Assembly: GCF_026210795.1 (NCBI RefSeq)
Contig: NC_089431.1
Coordinates: forward strand, 2,480,001-2,544,000
Reading direction: 5' to 3'
From: Rhizophagus irregularis
Lineage: Eukaryota
Length of the DNA stretch: 64,000 nt
Shown here: piece by piece, positions 26,845 through 37,261 of the stretch
How the letters are laid out: every line of letters starts with the position of its first letter
Position numbering within the stretch: position 1 is the stretch's first letter
Program-made: the position numbers and the translations under genes
Notes under the pieces: model-generated
Seen by the model: the letters and a program-made list of their open reading frames with translations, nothing else
Told to the model about the DNA's origin: nothing
Database searches by the model: none

Positions 26845-29800
26845 CATGCAACTGCTAAAATCTACAAACAGAACAAATCCATTAGTTGGTTAATCATAAA
26901 AAAAGAAATCATAGTAAAGATAAGTTTACCTTAGTTGCTATTCCAAAGTCTTCTAGTGATTCTAAAAATTTACTTGACAAGTTTATTCCCGTATGAGGAC
27001 CTGACAGTATACAAAAGTCTAACGTAGTACATTTCAATTCCCAATTTTCATTTATCCAATGTACACTAATACCGAGAAAAGGGATTTGATTTTTACTTGT
27101 CCATGCATCAACGATAAAGGAGAGATGACCAGGTGTTTCCTATTTGATAGTTTTATTGATTTAAATAAAAACAAGTATTGAAATTTTAAATGTAATAAGA
27201 TTATTTTATTACCTGTAGTTCTTGTCGAAATCTTTCTTTTGCATTTTTGAAATTTTCGGTTAAATCTTGTCGTAAAGTGTTAGCACAAGAAATGTATATG
27301 CCAGGCCAAATAAATGAAATCATATCTTTAAATTCTTCATTTTCAATAACGTTAAAAGGCTGATCATTTATTACGACCCAACGAACTGTTCTTTTTCTAA
27401 AACCTTTTTGACTAAACTAAAAAAGTGTACAATAATAATATTAATATTAAATTTAATCTTGATCAATAAAATATACTTGCATTTTCTTTTTCGGCAGTAA
27501 CTGTATATTTATCCATTTTCCCAACTTTTCTCTGTTTTTGTTCTTTTTGTACTCTCCGAGCCTTCAACAATTTTTGGATGTTTTGCGATATGGCGCCAAA
27601 GTGTAGAAGTTGATTTATCTCCAAAGTTCTTGGAGCAGTAATTACAATACCATCTTTGAGTTTTAAAAGTAAAATATTGATAAGCTTCCGATCTTTTATT
27701 AGATGATAAAGAGCTATTTTCATTTTCGTCAACTTCGATAGCAGGAGAGATTTTTGAAGACGAAAACATTTTGAAAGAATAAAGCAATAAAAAAGTAAAT
27801 GTGCCATTCCTATACTCCGTATTGTATATTTTTTTATACCACCTGTATTTAAACAAATATATGGCACAAGAAAATAGCACCTGACAATATAAAAACGACA
27901 CATTTAGTAATAGAGAATATTTTTTTTAACGTTTTTCATTTTTTCTTTGTCAAATTTAACGTACATCAGCGATAACTGAACTGTATGATGTACCAATTAA
28001 ATGCTTGAATTAGATCGATTCATCATGTGACATTCTAGATTGATAATTGATTATCGTATAATCAATCTTTTTTTCTCATTTACGATATAGGTAATTTTTT
28101 TCTTTTAACGTACAGCTTCTGACAGCTCATTTTTCTCTTTATGAACACGGAATCTCAGTAAATATTTCTTATTTCTATACTTTTATCTTTTAACGAACTA
28201 TACTAACAGTTCATTATTTTTTTTTCATTTTTGTAGGTCTGAGATTTCTATTTTAAAGACTGGGGTGAAACTGAACTCATTTCGAAGGTATAGTATCTTC
28301 CAAAATTGTTTTTTTTTTATATTACGAGATATTAACTATTATCGCTGATTTTTTTTTCTTTTGTAGTCTTGTATACTTAACCTATCGACTTGTTAATACA
28401 AGGGTTTCTATAAAGCATAAAGCGGTAAGTATCTTTGCAAAACTTACTGCATGTATTTATTTTTTAATAAGAACACATCTACATTTTTATTTTTTGTTTT
28501 TATAGGTTTATAGAGTATCGATTAGGAATGTTTGACATAGAGTCAGTTTCATTATGAAACTTGTTTTAAACAATTTTGAAGAATTTATATATGTATTTTA
28601 TTAAATAAAATATTTATAAACGATATAATAAAATAATCAATGAAATAATTTAGATATTTTAAACTATTTAATGATATAATGATTATAAGTACAGTGGATG
28701 ATTATTGTTAATTTAACGTCCAATTAATTTTTTTCTTTAGTTGTTTAGCGAATAGCAATTATCAATGGATACTATCTGAAATGATCTCTATATAAACTTA
28801 AATAAAACTCAAGCCAGCTCGAGCTAGCTTGAGTCCAGCTTGACTCAAGCCAGGATTTTTCATAGCCTTTCGAGCTTGAATGAACAACTCGAGCCAAGAT
28901 TTTTGCGGCTCATTACAGACTTGACTTGCCGCAGTTTTCTGAGCCAAGCTCAAGCCATGCTTTGGCTCGGCTCAAGCCGGCTCATGTAGAGCACTAATAG
29001 AAGTTGATACTAATTGCCAGAATGAGAGATGAATTAATCAACTGGAACGGGATTATACCTGATGTGAGCATAAAATTCAAAATCTCAATAAGGAGATAAA
29101 GCGCCTTGAAAATGCTTCAAAAGAAGAGATAGTAGAGTTAAAATCTAAAATCTCTACCCTAAAAAGTCAGCTATATCAAGTTAGGAATGATGTGCGAGAT
29201 AAGGGAAAATATATTTCTAGTTTAGAAGAGCAGTTAGTAGAATCTGAGAAACAAGTTAAGAAATTGCGATGCCAAATCAGAAGCATCTCATCACGAAAAA
29301 ATTCGCCTGAACGAGGGAATTCTCCAGACTTGTATAATTCTAATGATAATATAGCCACAATCACAGAGCTAGCAAATACTATAGATGGTTATATGGATAA
29401 TAGAGCAACAACTAGAGATATTCTTATAGACCAAATAAAAAGAGCTACAAGGCAGATACGCCGAAAAGAAAATAATTTGCATCAGGATTTAGTCTGTGAG
29501 CAACGAAGGCATTATGATGCAGAAGCTGAGCGTGATAATGAAATTATACGAAGGCAACTTGCTGAAGGTAGGATAACTAATGTTATTGGTGATCTCCATC
29601 AATATCAAACTAATACTCAAAACCAGGTAAATAGAATGATAGGTAATATGGCAAGAAAACAAGCCCGTATAGGTGTGCTAGTACAAGAAAAATTTGCCTT
29701 ACAATTCTTGTATCAGCGAAATGTCCACCACTTACAGCAAAGTAGAGGGGATATAGGTCTGTTAGAATTTAATCGAAACAGGCTCTATGAACGATATGAG

Positions 29801-31360
29801 AAATGGAAAAATAAAATCCAAGCAGAGCGCCAGAATAATTTAAATTTACAGGGACAAATTTTGGCGCTTCAGAATAATCCACCTAATCAAGTAAACATGG
29901 CAGGAATACCTCATCCATATTTTGACTGGGATGATAGTATCCCAGACTTTCTTGCACAACTTAGACTAGACTTGCAGAATCGAAGAATAAATTCAAATGA
30001 TAATGCAGCAGGTCCTCCAACAGGAAGAGATAATGCAATAGGACATTTAAGAGCCTGTATGAGAGGAAGGACTTTAGAATGGTTCGATGATGAGATTACT
30101 ACAAAGCAGAATTGGGAGCTAACTAACTTACTCGATAATACAGGGCAGGTTAACTTAGTTGCAGTAAATGGGCGAACTGCAGTACAAATAGGAGCTAATG
30201 CATTAAATGAGGCTGTTGGCCAACCAGGAAATGCAATAGTCAAGTTAAGAGCTGTAGAAGATGCTTGGAATGAAGACTGGCATATAGCAGGTGGCTGTCC
30301 TACTAATGCTTCTGTAAATGCACCAAATGCTAATGCTGGAAATACAGTAGCTGATATTCGATTTGGTCAAGCCGTATGGTGGCTAAAAACTTATTTCCCT
30401 ACAGTAGAAGAGGAACTTCAGGATTTGATGTATGGAACAATCAGAAAGGGAGACATGACTAATTGACTATAGATGAATTATATAGAAAAATATTACAAAT
30501 AGATAGACGAGCCAACTATAGACCTAAAGAATTACGTAGAAAGTTCTTAGATGCTTTACCACTTTTATGGCTTGAAAAAGCTGAAGATATTGGTGAACAT
30601 TTGCCATTAGATGAATTAGCTAAAAAGCTTTATGAGATAGAATTACGCCGAATAGCTAGACATAAAAGAGATAGAACATCTGATCCACTAGTATCTAATC
30701 GAGCATCTTGGCAAATATATGAACTTTCACCTGTTTCAACCTCACAAGTCACAACAGCATGGAATATCTTTAGAAGATATGCAAAAAGCAATCCAGAATG
30801 CACTAGCACAGCAAAAAACTGAATACCAGTCTTTATTAGAAAAACAAAAAGCCGATTTCCAATCACAAATAGTCCAGCAAACTAAAAAGATACCTCCACC
30901 AGTTCCTCCTAAAAATATGGAACAGCTTCTTGATACATATGAAAGCGCTAATCCTATCCCTGATACACTTACTAGGGAAGAAATAATGAGAGTAGTCACA
31001 AAAGCTTATGAGCCACCTCCTAAACCGCAAAAGCCAGAAAAGTTGCAATCATCTAGAATCGATAGATTAGAGTCAAAAATAGATGAAATTGGTCAGATGA
31101 CATTTAAGTTTGCTAGGAGATCACTTAATGATCAATCTCAAAAGCCTTTTTATTGCAGTAATTGCAGACAGAAAGGGCATAAGAAGAACGATTGCCCAAG
31201 GTTAAATCCTGTAGCTAAATCCAATTTTACTCAATGTTACTATCCTCAACTTCCATCTACACAGCCCCAATATATGCCTTCAGATTCAGATAATGAAGAA
31301 GATGGTTATAACAAAGTAGAAAATGGGTGGTATTATGCACTGGAAAAAAAAAACAGGTAA

Positions 31361-32021
31361 ATGAGAAAGCTGGCCAGTGATACTAATGCAATCTCACCCC
31401 TAGAATCTAGCCAACCTGAAACGTACAATCAGCTATTGTCTAAGCTCTCACCACCGATACGAAAAATGTGCTTGTCTCGAAAGGCTCAGGAGGAGGAATC
31501 GAAAGAATCAGATGAGTAGTTGTCATCTTTACAATATCTGAATGCTAATATAAATGACTTAATTATTTCTAAATCTTTTTTTAGATACCGCCAGTGAGTT
31601 CAGTAGTATAAATGATCCAGCAATCAAGGCGCTTGGATGGAAGGCTGATAAACCATCTAATTTTGCTATAAAGGGCAATTCCAAATATATCACCGATTCA
31701 TTAGGATGATATACAGATGTGCCAGTTACTTTGAATGATAAAAAAGATAAGACGGTCACAGTTATTGGAAATTTTGTTCATATTGATAATGGTGAAACAG
31801 AACCAATGCTATTTTTTGGTATGTCAAACATTCGAAAGGTTCAAGGCATTCCCGATCCAAATAAAAACCAGTTTCGCATAAAGTTACATGGAAAGGCATA
31901 TATTATCCCAACCTTTAGCAAGGCCCCGGTAGTCAAAGATCCGTCAAAAGAAGATCAGGACCAAACATCTACCAACTCCTCTAGCCCAAATAGTGAAGAG
32001 GACTTAAAAAAAAGTGCGTAA
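31361..32021 (+). pseudogene. Retropepsin-type aspartic protease
   Basis: FLDTASEFSSIN catalytic-type motif (D at 31584), IKGNS flap region, MLFFGM C-terminal motif; stops and a 1-nt shift in a T run. Confidence 0.75.
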
Positions 32022-32108
32022 AGCTTGAAGAGCAACTATTAAAAACTGAGAGATGGCTTGACATGGCATTAAATGCAGGTAATATTCTTGCAGAAAAATG
32101 CTTACGAC

Positions 32109-32669
32109 TTATGGAGAATAGATCGGATGCATGACAGCTTCTCTAGTAATATTTACTAATTTATTAAGATCAAATTCCCGTCTAGATGTATCATCTTTAA
32201 AAGAATTGGCTACTTTATCTGCAGAAGAAAATTCATCTTTTGGCTTTATACTAGCCTTTTTTTTCTGACTAACTTTATCTTTTCGCCCATTAGTTACTGT
32301 ATTCAGACTATTAGAATTTGCATCATTCTCATTATCCATAGGATATTCCATATGAGTGATCCCATCTTCTTGTATGATAGTAGAGGAGGAAGTATTATGT
32401 AAAGATTCCTGATTATTTTCTGAAATCTGGTCAGAGATGCTGACAGATTCTATGATTCTGCACCATTCCTCGGTAGGTTTAGGAGGCCTCTTATTATCAA
32501 TTATTTTTTGATATGTTGTTGATCCTATACGATGCTTTTTACACATAATATGCCGAGCATCTGGAATATTATTCTGAGCATTTCTAATTTCTTCAATAGC
32601 TTCAGATGACAAGCGTCAGGCATCTGATCTAAGAAATTTACGAGTATGGGTTGTTTGTTTTTTGCTCAT
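32109..32669 (-). pseudogene. Antisense ORF with an HTH-like N-terminus and low-complexity tail
   Basis: MSKKQTTHTRKFLRSDA*RLSSEAIEEIRNAQ..MCKKHRIGSTTYQKI; one TGA stop; 167-aa open frame downstream. Confidence 0.55.
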
Positions 32670-33082
32670 AGTTTGCTAGTAATAAATCTGTATAATACTA
32701 ATAAAAAACTTGTAGAAAATTTATTTGATATTGGTCTGACATTAGTCTGGCATTAGTCTGGCATTGGTTTGTTACATATATGTAGTTTGCTTTCTTTACA
32801 ATATAGCGTACTATAATCATGATTCAAATAAAAAATAGGTTTAGGATATATATACTTTAAATATCATATTTGTTTTAAATTAGTTTATTATTGGTCTTTT
32901 ATTAGTTTGATATTGGTTTGATTCTGAACTCCCTTTTTCCATATTTGAAAAAAATATACATATGAATAATAATTTCGCTGATAGCCATCAGGAAAAAAAA
33001 ATCATAAAAAACTTTGCCTTCAAATAAATTCATATGGCAAATATACATACGATAAATGAAATAAATAATGGGGCACCCTTGC

Positions 33083-33572
33083 ACAGGTCGAAAAGTGAAA
33101 AATCAGGCACCAATTGGTGCCTGATTGGCATTTTCGCCAAATATCGTCACCAATCAGACAGTTTGCTAACTTTTGATCCAGTGATCAGAAAAGGATGAGA
33201 TATAGCTCATTGGAATCGTCTCAACATAACGAATCTAATGGTAGTAAAATCTCATTTCTAGGATTAATACTTGATGAGAAATTAAGTAAAATATAAAAAA
33301 TAAAAATGTATCATTTATATTTTATTTAATTTTTTATTAACTATTAATCCTAGAGATGCGATTTTACTACCATTAGATTCGTCTTGTTGAGGCGATTCCA
33401 ATGAGCTATATTTCATTCTTTTCTGATCACTGGATCAAAAGTTAGCAAACTGCCTGATTGGTGACGATATTTGGCGAAAATGCCAATCAGTTACTAATCG
33501 GTTACCAATCAGGTACCTGATTGGTGACCGATTGGTGACTGATTGATGCCTGATTTTTTACTTTTCGACATG
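33083..33572. mobile_element. ~490-bp foldback/MITE with very long inverted arms
   Basis: 33121-33270 is a near-perfect reverse complement of 33340-33490; termini ..GTCGAAAAGT / ACTTTTCGAC.. Confidence 0.88.
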
Positions 33573-33814
33573 TTGATGTGAAAAATGCATCTATGGTTAT
33601 TAATAGCTACCTTCGAAGAGGTGAATTTATTGTATTTGATCTCAGGCTAGAAATAAAACGATCTCCTTGCAATCCGCTTTAAGGTTTGTCACTCCCTAAA
33701 CCTGCAAAAAGAGATAATGGTAAGGCAGAAGCACAAAGAAAAAAGTGCCTCAGCTAATGAGTAGAATCTGACTTAATAGATACCAGCTTTTTTTCGTAAT
33801 TATAAAAATTGGAA

Positions 33815-34895
33815 ATGGGAGAGCGCCAAGCCGAAAGACCGGTTATTTATATAGATCCTCAAAAAGTGCAAGACTTAGATCGGAATCTTTCTTTCCAAAA
33901 ACTTTATTACAGACCTGAGAAATATTATCGGACTGCTGGAAAAATCAAAACTGCTTGTAAAAGAGCTAGATATGTGTTTACTTTGGCCATAATAAAAAAT
34001 TGGCTTAACAAACAGGCTTTGTATCAGATTCATAAGCCTCAGCCTAAGTATATTCCATAAGCGTCTTTTAATAATATTACTGTACCTATGGAAGTTATTC
34101 AAGCTGATTTATGCTATATGCCTTATGATCGAATTGAAAATAAAACTTATAAATTTGCACTTAATTGTGTAGATATTGCTACCCGTCCTAAATGGACTTA
34201 TCCTTTGTGACGTGATTCTGCTAGTATGGCTAAAGGATTTGTGAAACTTTTTAACTCCCGAATATGCCCAATTATCTGGTCTAAAGTTAAAGTTTTAATG
34301 GTAGATGGGGGCGTAGAATTTCAAAGTAATGTTATCATACTAATGAACGAACATGGTATCCAAATTCAACTAGCTAATTCTAAAGAATCTATAGGTATTG
34401 TTGAGAGATTTAATCGTACACTTTAAGAATGGGCATTCTTTATTCAAGATAGTGTTGAAATGAGATTACCTCCTACTGAGCGCTGTCGAGCTTGGGTAAA
34501 AAACCTTCCAATTTTTCTTGTAGAGCTTGACAATTCTGTAACTTGACTTTTGGGTATTTCTCCTGCTGAAGCTCGAAAAAAAGAACATATCTTTCTAAAG
34601 CTTCCAAGCCACGAGAAGGACCTATTGGGTTTGATGAGCCTAGATTATCCCATGATGTCTTAGTAAGATATTTGCTTAATCCTGGTGAATTAAAAGGTGG
34701 GAGACGATGTCAATCGATTGTAATTGGTCTCCCCAAATTTATCATATTCGTGAATCTCTAGTGCAAAAAAATCAGCTGGTCTTGTACTGGCTAATAAATG
34801 ATGAGGGCAATGGCCCAAAAAGATCCTTTGTAAGAAAGAAGCTTCAAATCGTAAAGGATGTACAATTACCACCTCGATGAGTGCTTGCGAATTAG
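33815..34895 (+). pseudogene. DDE integrase (rve fold) of Polinton/Maverick type
   Basis: KLYYRP..IKNWLNKQALYQIHKP N-terminus; QADLCYMP, YKFALNCVDIATR..W.YPL, LMVDGGVEF, SIGIVERFNRTL; C-terminal NWSPQIYHI..KRSFVR; several stops and frameshifts. Confidence 0.88.
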
Positions 34896-34963
34896 ATTTC
34901 TAAGTCATGAAGTTTAAGCATTTCATTTACTTTTTCTATAGATCTTTTTTACACAACCTCTTC

Positions 34964-35251
34964 TTAGTTCGCTAATAAGATATATAATTTGTATAACTTT
35001 TCAAGACTCTGATACACTTCTTTATTATACCAGTCTTTGAAATCCGCCATTCTTTCATTATAAACTTCCTCATTTGGAGATCGCTGCTTTGCTATATATC
35101 TGCAATGATCATCTGGATCTCTTTTACGTTGCATTGTTTTCAAATAGCCCACATATGACAATCCCATTTTATCATATTTTTTCGTGCCTTGGCTATATGT
35201 TACTTTGATTATCTCAACTAATGCCAATTTGATATCTTTATAGTTAACCAT
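34964..35251 (-). CDS. Small intronless hypothetical protein, convergent on the integrase
   Basis: 95-aa ATG ORF with normal composition, tightly packed between neighbours. Confidence 0.55.
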   Translation of the reverse strand: MVNYKDIKLALVEIIKVTYSQGTKKYDKMGLSYVGYLKTMQRKRDPDDHCRYIAKQRSPNEEVYNERMADFKDWYNKEVYQSLEKLYKLYILLAN

Positions 35252-35316
35252 TTTGAATGTTTGTATTAATATAGCAAAAACTTTTGTTTAAAATAAAATA
35301 TTTATTTCTTATTACC

Positions 35317-35624
35317 ATGATAGGTGAATATTATTGCAATTATTTACTCATGACTGGATACGTCTGTGGGCGGACTTGTCGTCAGCCTGAAAGGTGTTTT
35401 GAACATTGGAAAGCTAAACCCGCATCTCCTGTAAGGTTTGTGGCAAGCCGACTAGCTCTGAACCTGGCCTTTGTAGAAAGCATTCTGATACCTATTATGT
35501 AATCCAATATTTTAATAGGCTTCGGGATAAAGCTAATGCCGATGATTTAATTCAGATGAAAATTGATGAATTGCTTCTAGAGCTGTTAGTGAACAAAACT
35601 GAAGAAGCAGGAGAGCAGGGTTAA
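35317..35624 (+). pseudogene. Small double zinc-finger-like protein with one frameshift
   Basis: MIGEYYCNYLLMTGYVCGRTCRQPERCFEH then, after a shift near 35420, SCKVCGKPTSSEPGLCRKH..EQG*. Confidence 0.65.
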
Positions 35625-36416
35625 TGACAGGTTAGTGTCGGGCTAGTAATGGAATAGTAACGGACTAGTAATAAGCTAGTGACGGGCTAGTGTTGGAGAT
35701 CCTGAAAGTCAATATATACATGTATATGCATTTATATCATATTATTTTGTCTAGAGGTAATCCTATTTGCCTCATATAATAGCATACATTAAATAAGGTA
35801 GCATACTTATTCTCCTATATCAAACGCGCATTTATATCTGACTTTTTTACACCTATAGTAATACTTCCTATCCATACCCATTTTTTTTTTACACTCATAG
35901 TAATACTTTCTATCTATATCTGAATTTTTTTTTCATACCATAGGTGTAAATTTTTATTATGTCAGAATTATAATCAGGAAGGCGCGCAAAGGTAAGAAAA
36001 CAAATTTATGATTTAGATAAGTAAGAAGGGCTGGAGTACATTATTTGTCAACTATCGTTCTTGAAGTTCGCCGGTGAAAATAGCATTACACATACTTACT
36101 ACTAGGTGTACATTTTTATTATATCAAGATTATAATCAGGAAGGCGCGCAAAGGCAAGAAAACAAATTAGTAATTTTATTAAGAAAAAGGAGACTAGAAA
36201 ACATTTTAAGAATACAAATTTTATTGATATACTAGAACTATATTTTGAGAGCCCTAGAATGGTGAAATTAATAGGCATTCATTTTTAGCAGCAGGGGGAT
36301 TCTGGAATACGAATTTTAATAACTTTCTTTCCTGCGGTCCCAGGTTAAGATTACTTGGTCTGCCCACGCCCCCTGCTGCTAGTATTGTATTATTTTTTTC
36401 ATAGATTATATATAAT

Positions 36417-36643
36417 GAGGACCTCGCTTACTTATAAGATAGGTCATTTCAGGCCTAAGGTAAAAATCATATATAAAATTCTTTGCAGATCCTACTATAA
36501 AAGAAAATTTTATATTACATTATTATGATTTTTTTCCTTTTTAGCTAATTAACCAATAGAACTTAAGAAAAAAGTAAGGTAAAAACTAATAGTAAAGAGC
36601 CAATTTTCTACAATGATCTTTATTATAAGTAAGCGGAGTCCTA
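36417..36643. mobile_element. ~230-bp MITE (pogo/Tc1-like ends)
   Basis: TIR AGGAC.TCGCTTACTTATAA / TTATAAGTAAGCGGAGTCCT; inverted diverged copy at 52827-53007. Confidence 0.75.
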
Positions 36644-37261
36644 TATAATGTAAAGAATATCTATACAAAGTTTTAACCTTTTGCCATATATATTTATTTT
36701 CTGCCATCAATTTTTAGTGCGATTATTAATTTGCTCTAATTAAAAATTTCAGATATTAATGTATCTTCAAATTTTATTTATAAATTTATCTTATTTTAAC
36801 TTTTATATTTAATTTTTTTTAAACAAATCCAAGTATTATTGATTAAGTTTTGTAAGTAGTTTAAGTTAATATTAAGAATTAAATGATCAGCAGGTATATT
36901 ACTAAATTAATTAATGATCATCAGATAATAATAAGCATGTCCGCCCTGTTATAAGCTGTAGTATTGAATATTATGATGTAAAATATAATTTTTAAAAATT
37001 ATTATTAATAATAATAAAATAAGTTTTTTTTCTAAATTCTAAATTTTATTTTATTTATTTTATTAAATTTTATAATGAATATTATTTAATATAATAACAG
37101 ATTACAATTAAATAAAAATTTTATAATATAATAAATTAATTAATAAAATTACTAGTAAAATTACTGAAATTTTTTTCAAAGATTTGTGATTATGACATCT
37201 TCTTTAACTATTAAAAGGCTAATATTCTTGAAATATAAAGTTCTGAAAAAACTTTTAACTC

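Larger units (their letters stand above)
23859..27769 (-). pseudogene. hAT transposase (BED finger, RNase-H-like core, hATC dimerisation domain), spliced and interrupted
   Basis: WYCNYCSK..LWRHIAKH; QPFNVIENEEFK; VDAWTSKNQIPFLGIS; LMWWK..YPNLSKMARDYLSIP..TSAPVERIF; stops plus nested insertion. Confidence 0.9.
23542..28996 (-). mobile_element. hAT transposon (outer), 5.45 kb including a nested insert
   Basis: TIR TAGTGCTATACATGAGCC / GGCTCATGTAGAGCACTA; perfect 8-bp TSD ATAGAAGT (23534-23541, 28997-29004); GGCTC/GAGCC subterminal repeats. Confidence 0.95.
23438..31360 (+). pseudogene. gag: Retrotransposon-type Gag (long N-terminal coiled coil, capsid-like domain, CCHC zinc knuckle), split by a hAT insertion
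   Basis: Removing 23542-29004 restores one frame from ATG 23438 (..HSELQIEV|DTNCQNE..) into ORF 29192; capsid-like LRACMRGRTLEWFD and MHR-like IRKGDMTIDELYRKI..RKFLDAL; CSNCRQKGHKKNDC; frameshifts near 30460 and 30750. Confidence 0.8.

Noticed and set aside
29911..31048. Minus-strand ORFs overlapping gag
   Set aside because: Antisense shadows of the plus-strand coding sequence
22080..35700. Complete Maverick/Polinton
   Set aside because: No protein-primed polymerase, packaging ATPase, cysteine protease, long TIRs or 6-bp TSD recognised
21934..35760. Canonical Ty3/Gypsy LTR retrotransposon
   Set aside because: No paired LTRs, PBS, RT or RNase H could be identified, and the integrase is not Pol-fused
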